This document shows positions 40,263 through 49,285 of a DNA stretch of 64,000 nucleotides, in pieces. The stretch spans positions 21,838 to 85,837 of the forward strand of contig DBBX01000010.1 of NCBI GenBank assembly GCA_002292815.1, in the 5' to 3' direction. The notes under the pieces are model-generated. The model had not been told where the DNA came from, made no database searches, and saw nothing but the letters and a program-made list of their open reading frames with translations. Origin of the DNA: Thiotrichaceae bacterium UBA973 (GTDB taxonomy: Bacteria > Pseudomonadota > Gammaproteobacteria > Eutrophobiales > Eutrophobiaceae). The translations under genes and the position numbers were made by a program. Every line of letters starts with the position of its first letter. The first letter of the stretch is position 1.

Positions 40263-41735
40263 ATGAATAAAAAAACACACATAGCGATTGGTGGTGCTAA
40301 CGGACAGCTTATAAGCCAACTCGCAAAACTCAGTAATCGTCACGGTATGATTGCCGGTGCTACAGGCACAGGTAAGACTGTAACATTGCAAATACTGGCA
40401 GAAGGATTTTCACAATTGGGTGTGCCAGTATTTGTAGCAGATATAAAAGGTGATTTATCCGGACTTGCAAAAGCAGGCGCGCCCCATCCCAAGATTGATG
40501 AACGCCTTGCCGAGATCCCGATTAAAGATTTTGCCTTCAATGCAAACCCGGTTGTGTTTTGGGATATGTTTGGGAAAAAAGGACATCCGATTCGAACAAC
40601 TATCTCGGAAATGGGACCGTTGTTGTTATCGAATTTACTAGAACTAAATGATACTCAGAGCGGTATCCTCTATGCCTGCTTCAGTATTGCGGATGACGAA
40701 GGTTTGTTATTGCTAGATCTTAAAGATCTACGTTCGATGCTCAGTTGGATGGCTGAAAATGCCAGTGAGCTAAGCTCAAATTACGGTAATATCTCTAAAG
40801 CCAGTGTCGCTGCGATTCAGCGTAGATTGTTAGTTCTTGATGCGCAAGGCGCAAAGAATTTTTTCGGCGAACCTGCATTAGAGTTACGCGACCTAATGCA
40901 AAGAGATGAAGATGGTCGTGGTATTATTAATATACTTGATGCGACCAAACTGTCATCGCAATCACCAAAACTCTATGCTTCATTTCTACTATGGTTGTTG
41001 TCAGAGTTGTTTGAACAACTACCCGAAGTAGGGGATGCTAAAAAACCAAAATTAGTATTCTTTTTTGATGAAGCGCACTTATTATTTGATCGAGCACCGC
41101 GTTCATTAGTCGATAAAATCGAACAAGTTGTTCGCTTGATTCGCTCCAAAGGTGTGGGTATATATTTCATAAGTCAAAACCCCACTGATATTCCTGAAGA
41201 TATATTAGGGCAACTCGGTTTACGTATTCAGCATGCCTTGCGAGCCTTTACTCCAAAGGATAAAAAAGTTGTTAAGACCGTTGCTGAAACATTTCGTCCA
41301 AATCCAAGCTTTGATTGTAAACAAATTATTACTGAGCTGGGTACAGGTGAAGCACTGGTTTCTGTTCTTGATGAAAAGGGTAGTCCTACACCAGTTGAGC
41401 GTACTTTAATCAGACCGCCGCAATCACGTATAGGACCATTAAAAGCAGCAGAGCGCACCGTGGTGATTGAAAACTCAATTATTGGTGATAGTTACAATGA
41501 ATCTTTGGATAGGAATTCAGCGCATGAGATATTACAAAAGCGTGCAAAGAAGACTGTGCAAAAAGTAGAGAAGGTCCAGGCAAAGCAAACTGCAAAGATA
41601 AAACAACCTGCTCAACGACGAAGTAACCGACAGGGTATTGGAGAAGCGATGATGAAAAGTGTCGCGCGAAGTATGGGGAGTGCCTTGGGACGGAAAATTA
41701 TTCGTGGAATTTTAGGTTCAATGTTTGGGAAATAA
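40263..41735 (+). CDS. DUF853 family HerA-like ATPase (YjgR-like)
   Basis: NRHG.IAGATGTGKT.TLQ, D.KGDLSG, FFFDEAHLLF, RLIRSKGVG, QHALRAFTP, RGILGS. Confidence 0.92.
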   Translation: MNKKTHIAIGGANGQLISQLAKLSNRHGMIAGATGTGKTVTLQILAEGFSQLGVPVFVADIKGDLSGLAKAGAPHPKIDERLAEIPIKDFAFNANPVVFWDMFGKKGHPIRTTISEMGPLLLSNLLELNDTQSGILYACFSIADDEGLLLLDLKDLRSMLSWMAENASELSSNYGNISKASVAAIQRRLLVLDAQGAKNFFGEPALELRDLMQRDEDGRGIINILDATKLSSQSPKLYASFLLWLLSELFEQLPEVGDAKKPKLVFFFDEAHLLFDRAPRSLVDKIEQVVRLIRSKGVGIYFISQNPTDIPEDILGQLGLRIQHALRAFTPKDKKVVKTVAETFRPNPSFDCKQIITELGTGEALVSVLDEKGSPTPVERTLIRPPQSRIGPLKAAERTVVIENSIIGDSYNESLDRNSAHEILQKRAKKTVQKVEKVQAKQTAKIKQPAQRRSNRQGIGEAMMKSVARSMGSALGRKIIRGILGSMFGK

Positions 41736-41788
41736 TCATACATCAACCTGTCCGCGGTTCTTGATTAGTAGTTAAAGATAATTAAACG

Positions 41789-42682
41789 ATGCAAATTAAA
41801 ATTTTGCTTCAGACAATTCGCGTACCTTTTCTCGTGTTAACACCGGTCTGTATCTTTTTAGGGGTTAGCACTGCATACGCAATCCATCCTCCGATTGATT
41901 TATTTACAGTCATAATAATATTATTCGGTGCTATTGCCGCTCATATTAGTGTTAACACGCTTAATGAATACTATGACTTTAAGAGTGGCTTGGATCTGAT
42001 TACCAAGAAAACAGCTTTTAGCGGTGGTAGCGGAGCGTTGCCAGATAATCCTGACATGGCCAAATCAGTATTAGTTCTTGGTTTGGTATCGTTAGCGGCG
42101 ACGATTATCATCGGCGTGAGTCTTGTGCTTGAACATGGTATGGAAATTATGCCGATTGGTTTAGTTGGTGTAGTTCTTATAATTGCGTATACAAAATGGA
42201 TTAACCGTTTTCCCTTCTTATGTCTTATTGCCCCAGGATTGGGATTTGGGGTGCTTATGGTTGTTGGTACTAATGTTGTTTTAACCGGTGGAAATTCCTA
42301 CCTAGCGTGGATGATCGCACTTGTGCCTTTTTTACTAGTCAACAATCTTCTCTTATTAAATCAGTATCCAGATATAGAAGCTGATTCAACTATTGGAAGA
42401 AATACTTTCCCTATTTTCTACGGTATAAAAAACAGTAACATTGTTTATGCCATTTTTATGCTGTCTGCATATTCATTGATTGTTTATTTCATTTTCAGTG
42501 AGACTATCCCAAGCTTGAGTGTCATCGCTCTCATCCCTGTATTGTTTTCGATATATTCACTTTTAGGAGCAATAAAATTCGGCGCAAGAATTGGTGCACA
42601 CTCTAAATATTTGGCAACAAATGTAGCAGCGGCATTATTAACGCCATTACTACTTGGGGTATCTATTGTCTGTGGTCAATAA
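41789..42682 (+). CDS. UbiA/MenA family prenyltransferase
   Basis: N..NEY.DFKSG.D, FSGGSG, NQYPD.EAD...GR.T; multiple TM segments. Confidence 0.85.
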   Translation: MQIKILLQTIRVPFLVLTPVCIFLGVSTAYAIHPPIDLFTVIIILFGAIAAHISVNTLNEYYDFKSGLDLITKKTAFSGGSGALPDNPDMAKSVLVLGLVSLAATIIIGVSLVLEHGMEIMPIGLVGVVLIIAYTKWINRFPFLCLIAPGLGFGVLMVVGTNVVLTGGNSYLAWMIALVPFLLVNNLLLLNQYPDIEADSTIGRNTFPIFYGIKNSNIVYAIFMLSAYSLIVYFIFSETIPSLSVIALIPVLFSIYSLLGAIKFGARIGAHSKYLATNVAAALLTPLLLGVSIVCGQ

Positions 42683-42718
42683 TTTATTAAAACAATCAAC
42701 CTCGTGTGTGAATACTAA

Positions 42719-43186
42719 ATGTCACGAGTAAAGGAAATCAAAGACGATTACGGTTTTTTTGGAATTGGAATTCTAAATAATAGTGATCAAATAAATATAG
42801 GGACGCTCTGGCGTTCAGCTTATTTATTAGGAGCAAGCTTTATATTTACGGTGGACAAAAAATACAAGTATCAGGGAAGCGACGTAACAAAGTCATGGAC
42901 TAGAATACCGCTGTATCACTTCAAGACATTTGAAGAATTGAAAGATAACTTGCCCTATTCAACTAGATTAATCGGCGTAGAAATGGGTGAAGATGCGATA
43001 CCACTAGCTGAGTATGATCACCCAGATAGAGCCGTATATCTCTTGGGAAATGAGATAAGCGGCTTACCCCCGCAGATTTTGGAACAATGTCAATCTTTGC
43101 TAAAGCTCCCAGGTGAGTATTCTTTAAACGTAGCCGTAACAGGCAGTATCGTGATGTATGACAGGATTGCAAAAGGCGGGGGATAG
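42719..43186 (+). CDS. SpoU/TrmH family RNA methyltransferase
   Basis: NIGTL.RSA..LGA, LG.E..GL, SLNVAV.GSIV.YDR. Confidence 0.9.
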   Translation: MSRVKEIKDDYGFFGIGILNNSDQINIGTLWRSAYLLGASFIFTVDKKYKYQGSDVTKSWTRIPLYHFKTFEELKDNLPYSTRLIGVEMGEDAIPLAEYDHPDRAVYLLGNEISGLPPQILEQCQSLLKLPGEYSLNVAVTGSIVMYDRIAKGGG

Positions 43187-43329
43187 CCCTGACAACGCTA
43201 TACTCAGGCTAGGAGTGAGTGTTGATTCTTGGGTAATGATTTTGTAAATCACTCGGAACTGTACTGAATACTCAAGTACCGTTAGAATTCGGCTGAAAAT
43301 ATTAATAATTTCGAGGTTTTAAAATAAGC

Positions 43330-43944
43330 ATGACCATACTAACAACCTTTTCAGAGGCAGAGTTTGAGCAAGTAGCTGGAGTACCAATCAAAGGTGAAGA
43401 AGAAGCACAAGTTTCAATGTTTATTGATTTTGTGCAAGAGGCTATACAGTTTTGTATGGTGCAAGCAGATATTGAAGAGACGGGATGTTCGTTGCGCTAT
43501 TTGTCTATTGACGTACATCCCTTCAAAGATATGGGAGATCTTTATGAACTTGGCTATATCGACTTTCATAAAATACTTGAACTTCCTGAAAAAGCAGAAG
43601 ATACGCTAAAGGTCGAATTGCCTGTCATAGAAGAAGGCGTCGGGCGAATAATTGAAGTCGCAAAAATACTTGGTGTTCCTTCAGCTGAACCGGCAGATGC
43701 AATTTTAGCTTTTTTCCGAATACGCTTAGCGCATAAAACCCTAGAAAACACGCTGGATTTTAACAGCATCAAAACTGTCATACGAGGCACCAAAGATTCT
43801 ATGGCAATCCTCAAAAAGAAAGGACTGCACCCGACTAATATGGGTGGAATTTTAGATACGACAGAGACGGTAAGGATGAGCGATGTCTGGGGACTGGAAG
43901 ATGATGCACCGGAAGAAATGCCAAATTTCTTTATATTTGAGTAG
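43330..43944 (+). CDS. Hypothetical acidic protein
   Basis: 204-aa ORF filling the gap, GAGG upstream; no motif recognised. Confidence 0.6.
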   Translation: MTILTTFSEAEFEQVAGVPIKGEEEAQVSMFIDFVQEAIQFCMVQADIEETGCSLRYLSIDVHPFKDMGDLYELGYIDFHKILELPEKAEDTLKVELPVIEEGVGRIIEVAKILGVPSAEPADAILAFFRIRLAHKTLENTLDFNSIKTVIRGTKDSMAILKKKGLHPTNMGGILDTTETVRMSDVWGLEDDAPEEMPNFFIFE

Positions 43945-44071
43945 GCTATAGGCCTGTATACGTTACCATCCACATCAAATGAGGATTATTGATTTTTATT
44001 CTATGTTTTAAATGTGAATTAAAATTGCTGTCCTGAGTTAATTATAAAACTTAAATCATTAAGGAATAATT

Positions 44072-44656
44072 ATGGACGAGAAAGTTAAAGAATTATTAGC
44101 TCAGATATCTGATATAGAAGATGAAATAGAAAAAATCATTAGTGAACGACAAGAGAAGATTCTCTATTTTTATGAAGATGGAAAAGTAAAGTTCAAGGAA
44201 GGAATCGAAGACGCACATAAAAAATTGAAGAAAAGTTTATTCAGGTTTTTTCTGGATAGTAAATTAAGAAATCTGCTTTCCGCTCCTTTTATATACAGCA
44301 TGATAATTCCCTTTGCTATTCTTGATGCCAGCATGACGCTCTATCAGGCAATTTGTTTTAACTTATATCGCATCAAGAAAGTTAAACGCTCACACTATAT
44401 CGTCATCGATCGTTACCGATTAAAACATCTGAACAGCATCGAACGCTTTAATTGTGTCTATTGCGAATACGGCAATGGTGTTGTTGCATATGCAAGAGAG
44501 ATAGCCGCACGAACAGAGCAATATTGGTGTCCTATAAAACACGCAAGAAAAGTCATTGGACGGCATGCTCGCTATCAGGACTTCATTGATTATGGTGAGG
44601 CGATTGATTATCACAAACAACTTGCAGAATTTAGACGGAAACTAGCCCTGCCATAA
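44072..44656 (+). CDS. Conserved hypothetical membrane protein with Cys/His motifs
   Basis: SD AAGGA; one TM hairpin; E..NC.YC.YGNG..AY.REI.ARTEQYWCPIKHA. Confidence 0.75.
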   Translation: MDEKVKELLAQISDIEDEIEKIISERQEKILYFYEDGKVKFKEGIEDAHKKLKKSLFRFFLDSKLRNLLSAPFIYSMIIPFAILDASMTLYQAICFNLYRIKKVKRSHYIVIDRYRLKHLNSIERFNCVYCEYGNGVVAYAREIAARTEQYWCPIKHARKVIGRHARYQDFIDYGEAIDYHKQLAEFRRKLALP

Positions 44657-44748
44657 AATAAATTATTGCGCTTCAACACCCCAAGTCATTGAATTATATA
44701 ATAACAGTTCAATTCATTAGATTATTGTCATTCCTATTATTCTGAGAT

Positions 44749-44771
44749 AATTATTGTGCAGTGCAATAATT
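44749..44771. promoter_or_regulatory. Palindromic operator, PhaR-type motif
   Basis: AATTATTG-tgcagtg-CAATAATT; the minus strand of 44754-44765 reads TGCACTGCACAA; 55 nt upstream of the acyl-CoA ligase/GNAT gene. Confidence 0.45.
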
Positions 44772-44825
44772 TGCTAATATGTATCATTGCTTTACATCTA
44801 AATCAGGAGAATTTAAGGCAGTCAT

Positions 44826-47501
44826 ATGAGCGTTATTAATCTAAATAAACTGTTGAACCCAAAATCGGTAGTTTTAATCGGCGCATCGGATAAACCGTTA
44901 TCGATCGGTAATGTGGTGATGAAGAATCTTTTGAATGGTGGTTTTGATGGGCCAATATTGCCAGTCAACCCTAAGTACGAAACCATCTGTGGTGTGTATT
45001 CCTATAAGTGCATAGCCGATCTACCTGTAGTGCCTGACTTTGCTGTAATTTGCACACCCGCACATACTGTCCCTGACATTATTATGCAATTAGGTGAGAA
45101 GGGAACGCGTGCAGCTGTTGTTATAAGCGCTGGTTTCCATGCAGTAGATGACGCTAATGGTTTTGAACAACAAATGCTAGATGTCGCACGGCATTATGAC
45201 TTTCGTATCCTTGGGCCTAATTGTGTTGGTTTACTCATCCCCGGAATCGGCTTAAACGCGAGTTTTGCTCATACTGATTCTCTCCCCGGTAATATTGCGG
45301 TGATTTCGCAATCAGGCGCGATTTGCACATCAATATTAGATTGGGCCAAGTCACGTGGCATTGGTTTTTCGTATTTTATTTCGCTAGGTGATAGTTCAGA
45401 TGTTGATTTTGGTGATTTACTTGATTATCTCGGCACTGATCAACACACAACAGGGATATTGCTATATGTAGAATCAATAAAACTTGCTCGTAAATTCATG
45501 TCAGCTGCACGTGCGACTGCGCGAAATAAAAAAGTAATTGTTATTAAGTCAGGGCGAATGGCAGAAGGTGCGAAGGCGGCTGCATCACACACAGGTGCAT
45601 TAGCCGGAAATGACGATGTGTTTGATGCGGCGATACGTCGGGCAGGGATGTTGCGAGTTTATTCTATTCAAAACCTATTTGATGCCGTGGAAACACTGGC
45701 ACACGTATCAGGTATTAAAGGCGATCGATTGATTATATTAACCAATGGCGGTGGTATTGGAGTATTGGCAACTGATAGTTTGATTGACAGTGGCGGGCGC
45801 TTGGCTGAACTTGCACCGAAAACAATTCAAGCCTTGGATGAATTTCTTCCCGCCACATGGTCAGGTGACAATCCGGTCGACATTATTGGAGACAGTGATG
45901 CGAAGCGATATGTTCAGACTTTAAAGGTACTGTTGGATGATCCTAATTATGATGCCATTTTGGTTATGCTGGTTCCGGTAGCAATCATCGACAATACCGA
46001 GGTTGCACGTGCGATTACAGAGGCTATAAATGAATCGCACAAACCTGTCTTGACCTGTTGGATGGGTGAAGATGCCGTTCAAGATTCAAGAGAAATCTTC
46101 GAGAAAAATAGTATCCCCCAATACGAAACGCCAGAGTCAGCAATCAGTGCTTTTCTGCAAGCTGTTGAATACAACAAAAATCAAAAAAACCTAATCGAGT
46201 TACCGCCATCTATACCTGAAGATTTCAAACCCGATAAAGAAAGAGCACGTATAATTATTGAATCGGTTTTAACTGAAAAACGAAACATACTAACCGAACC
46301 AGAAGCGAAAGATGTGCTAGACGCATATCAAATCCCTATTGTTAAAACATTAATTGCGCATGATGTTGATGAAGCTGTCAAACAGGCAAAATCAATAGGT
46401 TTTCCAGTAGCATTAAAAATACTGTCAAAAGATATCAGTCACAAGTCTGATGTTGGTGGTGTGTTACTGAATATTGAATCTGCTTCGATACTACAACTAT
46501 CGGCTGAAGGAATGTTAGCTCGTATTAAAAAAAGTAATCCTGATGCAAAAATCGAAGGCTTCACTGTACAAGCAATGGTGGACTGTCCCAACGACTATGA
46601 ATTGATCATTGGTGTTACTTCTGATTCTATTTTTGGACCTGTTATTTTATTCGGGCATGGTGGTATTTCAGTAGAAGTAGTTAACGACAAAGCTGTAGCA
46701 TTGCCGCCGTTAAATATGAAGTTAGCCAATGATCTTGTTCAGCGTACTCGTATTGCTAGAGTTCTTAAGGGGTATAGGGATGTTAAACCGGCAAACATGG
46801 AGGCCATACTTGTAACATTAGTAAAAATTTCACAACTGATAGTCGACCACCCTGAACTTCAGGAACTCGACATTAATCCACTTGTTGCAAATAACAATGG
46901 TGTTATTGCACTGGATGCCAGAATAAAAATAAATTCAGTAGTGTCTGATGACACCAGCCATCTTGCGATTCGACCCTATCCACAAGAGTTAGAAGAACTG
47001 TCTCAGTTGGCTTCAGGTGCTAAATTACTTATTAGACCTATCAAGCCAGAAGATGAAATGGCTCATCTTGAATTCTTTTCGCATATCAAACCAGAAGATA
47101 TCTATTTTCGTTTTTTTCGTGCAGTGAATAATTTCACACATTCACAAATGGCACACTTCACACAAATTGATTACGACCGTGAAATGGCTTTTATCGCTAT
47201 TTTGAAAAATTCAGAAGGCAATAACGAGACTATTGCTGTATCGCGGGTTGTGAGTGATGCAGACAATATTGAAGCTGAATTCGCGATCATTGTACGCTCA
47301 GATATGCAGAAAAAAGGTGTGGGTAATAAGCTGATGAGCAAAACAATTGATTATTGTCGGGAGCACGGTACAAAACGATTACTTGCCCATACCCTAGCAA
47401 ATAATTTCCCCATGCAAAAACTCGCCAAAAAGTTTGGTTTTTTTAAAGTTGAAAATAATAACGATCAACAAACGGTTAGTTTGAGATTAAAGTTAAATTG
47501 A
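44826..47501 (+). CDS. Bifunctional ADP-forming acyl-CoA ligase-like / GNAT acetyltransferase (Pat/PatZ/YfiQ family)
   Basis: P.SV..IGAS, GPNC.G, SQSG, ASHTGALAG, NP.DIIGD, HKSDVGGV, ELDINPL; C-terminal GNAT (Y.RFF, TQIDYDREMAF, AEFAI.VRSD.Q..G.G). Confidence 0.92.
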   Translation: MSVINLNKLLNPKSVVLIGASDKPLSIGNVVMKNLLNGGFDGPILPVNPKYETICGVYSYKCIADLPVVPDFAVICTPAHTVPDIIMQLGEKGTRAAVVISAGFHAVDDANGFEQQMLDVARHYDFRILGPNCVGLLIPGIGLNASFAHTDSLPGNIAVISQSGAICTSILDWAKSRGIGFSYFISLGDSSDVDFGDLLDYLGTDQHTTGILLYVESIKLARKFMSAARATARNKKVIVIKSGRMAEGAKAAASHTGALAGNDDVFDAAIRRAGMLRVYSIQNLFDAVETLAHVSGIKGDRLIILTNGGGIGVLATDSLIDSGGRLAELAPKTIQALDEFLPATWSGDNPVDIIGDSDAKRYVQTLKVLLDDPNYDAILVMLVPVAIIDNTEVARAITEAINESHKPVLTCWMGEDAVQDSREIFEKNSIPQYETPESAISAFLQAVEYNKNQKNLIELPPSIPEDFKPDKERARIIIESVLTEKRNILTEPEAKDVLDAYQIPIVKTLIAHDVDEAVKQAKSIGFPVALKILSKDISHKSDVGGVLLNIESASILQLSAEGMLARIKKSNPDAKIEGFTVQAMVDCPNDYELIIGVTSDSIFGPVILFGHGGISVEVVNDKAVALPPLNMKLANDLVQRTRIARVLKGYRDVKPANMEAILVTLVKISQLIVDHPELQELDINPLVANNNGVIALDARIKINSVVSDDTSHLAIRPYPQELEELSQLASGAKLLIRPIKPEDEMAHLEFFSHIKPEDIYFRFFRAVNNFTHSQMAHFTQIDYDREMAFIAILKNSEGNNETIAVSRVVSDADNIEAEFAIIVRSDMQKKGVGNKLMSKTIDYCREHGTKRLLAHTLANNFPMQKLAKKFGFFKVENNNDQQTVSLRLKLN

Positions 47502-47512
47502 AATTGAAATTG

Positions 47513-47540
47513 AAATAGATAGTTGAACGTCATCTATTTT
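47513..47540 (+). terminator. Possible weak terminator hairpin
   Basis: AAATAGAT...ATCTATTT stem with a short T tail after the Pat-like gene. Confidence 0.4.
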
Positions 47541-47610
47541 AAGTGCTAATGCATATAAATAATCTACTCAATTCAGAGTGCTGATCCATTATCATTTAAG
47601 AATGATAGTA

Positions 47611-47729
47611 TGCAGCTAACGACCCGCAGCATTAGCTTCGTATCCCCCTCTTAAACTTCTGCTTTCCAGCGACAGCGGACATTTGATTATTAATCATTGT
47701 TATACTGCTACTGACCCAAAGCAGATATT
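47611..47729. repeat. Cluster of three short GCT-N10-AGC palindromes
   Basis: GCT-aacgacccgc-AGC (47615), TCTGCT-ttccagcgac-AGCGGA-catt (47658), CTGCT-actgacccaa-AGCAG-atatt (47705). Confidence 0.55.
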
Positions 47730-47779
47730 AAGAATATTGTTTAGATGTTAGATATACATAAACTTATCAGGAGATAATC

Positions 47780-48109
47780 ATGGCTACACATCATGCATCA
47801 TCAGCTGAAATTGTTGACTTGGAAACATGGGCACAAGATGTGCCATATGAACAAACTAAAACAATTGTGAAAACAGATGAAATGGAACTTGTTCGCCTTG
47901 TTATTCCAGTGGGTAAAGAAATTCCAACTCACAAAGTATCAGGGCCAATTATTGTTCATTGTATAAATGGAAAGATAGAGTTTACTGTAATGGGCAAAAC
48001 ACAAGTGTTGATGGATGGCCAATTATTACATTTAGCTTCGGATGAGCCGCATTCGGTTAAAGCAATTGCAGACGCAGTTGTGTTACTAACAATAATCTTT
48101 AAGACTTAG
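47780..48109 (+). CDS. Cupin domain protein
   Basis: SD AGGAG; G..IP.H...G...V.C..G...F, G..L.L....PHS..A..D...LLTI. Confidence 0.88.
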   Translation: MATHHASSAEIVDLETWAQDVPYEQTKTIVKTDEMELVRLVIPVGKEIPTHKVSGPIIVHCINGKIEFTVMGKTQVLMDGQLLHLASDEPHSVKAIADAVVLLTIIFKT

Positions 48110-48214
48110 AACGTTATTATCTTCTTCTGGCTGAAATGCAGGGCATTTATATGGGAAAGGAAGGGAACCCCGTTCTTATCTTGCTTATAGGCCGTATTAA
48201 ATTCAACTTTAGGC

Positions 48215-49201
48215 CTAATTCATTATCAAGGTCTTGCTTGAAGCACCGACTTCTTCTTTTACTAACTTAGGAACCAGATAACCCGATACACGGGCTTGCA
48301 TTTCTTCCATCAAACTCTGTGCGTCATCTAGCGAAACATCATAGTGTGCTGCGCCTGCAACCGGATCTAATAAATGCAGGTAGTAGGGTATAACATTATT
48401 TTCAATAAGTCGTTCCGATAGATTTATTAACGCCGTAACAGAGTCATTAATATTTTTTAGCAAGACCGATTGATTTAAAACGAGTATGTCGAATTCTTGC
48501 AAGCGTTTAATAATAGTTGAAACTGAGTTATCCAGCTCGTTAGCATGATTGCTATGTATAACAAAGATGATTGATTTATCGTTGTCTGTTATTTGTTTAA
48601 GCAGTGTTGTGGTTACGCGCGCGGGTAGAACAATAGGTAGTCGCGTATGAAAGCGTATGCGTTTTATGTGTTTTATATTTGCAATTGATGCACATATTTC
48701 TTGTAAACGACGATCTGACAACGTTAGCGGATCGCCACCGCTGAGTATCACTTCTTCAATACTTGAATCATCTTTGATGTGATCTAACGACGCTTGCCAA
48801 TGTTTGCTTGATGAGGATGACTCTTGATAAGGGTAATGCCGTCTGAAGCAATAGCGACAATGCACCGCACAGGCACCGGTTGTTATCGACAAAACACGAC
48901 TGTTATATTTTTGTAATAAGCCGTGTACAGGTTGTACATTTAATTCAGCTAGTGGGTCATTTATGAATCCAGTTGCTTCATCTTCTTCAGCTTTATACGG
49001 GAATACCTGTCGCAAGATGGGGTCGTTCGGATCGTTCTTCTTAATACGATTGGCGAAAGCAAAGGGCACCCGAACAGGAAATTGTCTTATTGCTTGTTGG
49101 CTATAACCGATTGAATCGGCCTCTAGTCCGGCAAATTCAAGTAAATCAGCGGGTTTCCGTATGGCCTGTGCCAGTTGTTCTTGCCAGGATAAAGACTGCA
49201 T
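48215..49201 (-). CDS. epmB: EF-P beta-lysylation protein EpmB (KamA-family radical SAM)
   Basis: CAVHCRYCFRR, LSGGDPL, HTRLP, LNQSVLL, PYYLH.LD.V.GA.H; divergent from efp. Confidence 0.95.
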   Translation of the reverse strand: MQSLSWQEQLAQAIRKPADLLEFAGLEADSIGYSQQAIRQFPVRVPFAFANRIKKNDPNDPILRQVFPYKAEEDEATGFINDPLAELNVQPVHGLLQKYNSRVLSITTGACAVHCRYCFRRHYPYQESSSSSKHWQASLDHIKDDSSIEEVILSGGDPLTLSDRRLQEICASIANIKHIKRIRFHTRLPIVLPARVTTTLLKQITDNDKSIIFVIHSNHANELDNSVSTIIKRLQEFDILVLNQSVLLKNINDSVTALINLSERLIENNVIPYYLHLLDPVAGAAHYDVSLDDAQSLMEEMQARVSGYLVPKLVKEEVGASSKTLIMN

Positions 49202-49285
49202 TATTTCTTCAGTTCCATGTATTATTGCGCTTTTTTTATAATATAAAGCTTTAAAACAGAATTATCATATTTGAAAGAGGACATC

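Noticed and set aside
40263-41735. HerA-based defence system (e.g. with NurA or SIR2)
   Set aside because: The protein is the widespread DUF853/YjgR type and no nuclease or sirtuin partner is adjacent.
47495-47516. (AAATTG)x3 tandem repeat at the end of the Pat-like gene
   Set aside because: Too short to imply phase variation; it spans the stop codon, and unit changes would not alter the protein.
47614-47753. Integron attC site (AGCTAAC...GTTAGAT) ahead of the cupin gene
   Set aside because: The inverse core is imperfect, there is no extended bottom-strand complementarity or L boxes, no attC follows the gene, and no intI is in the window.
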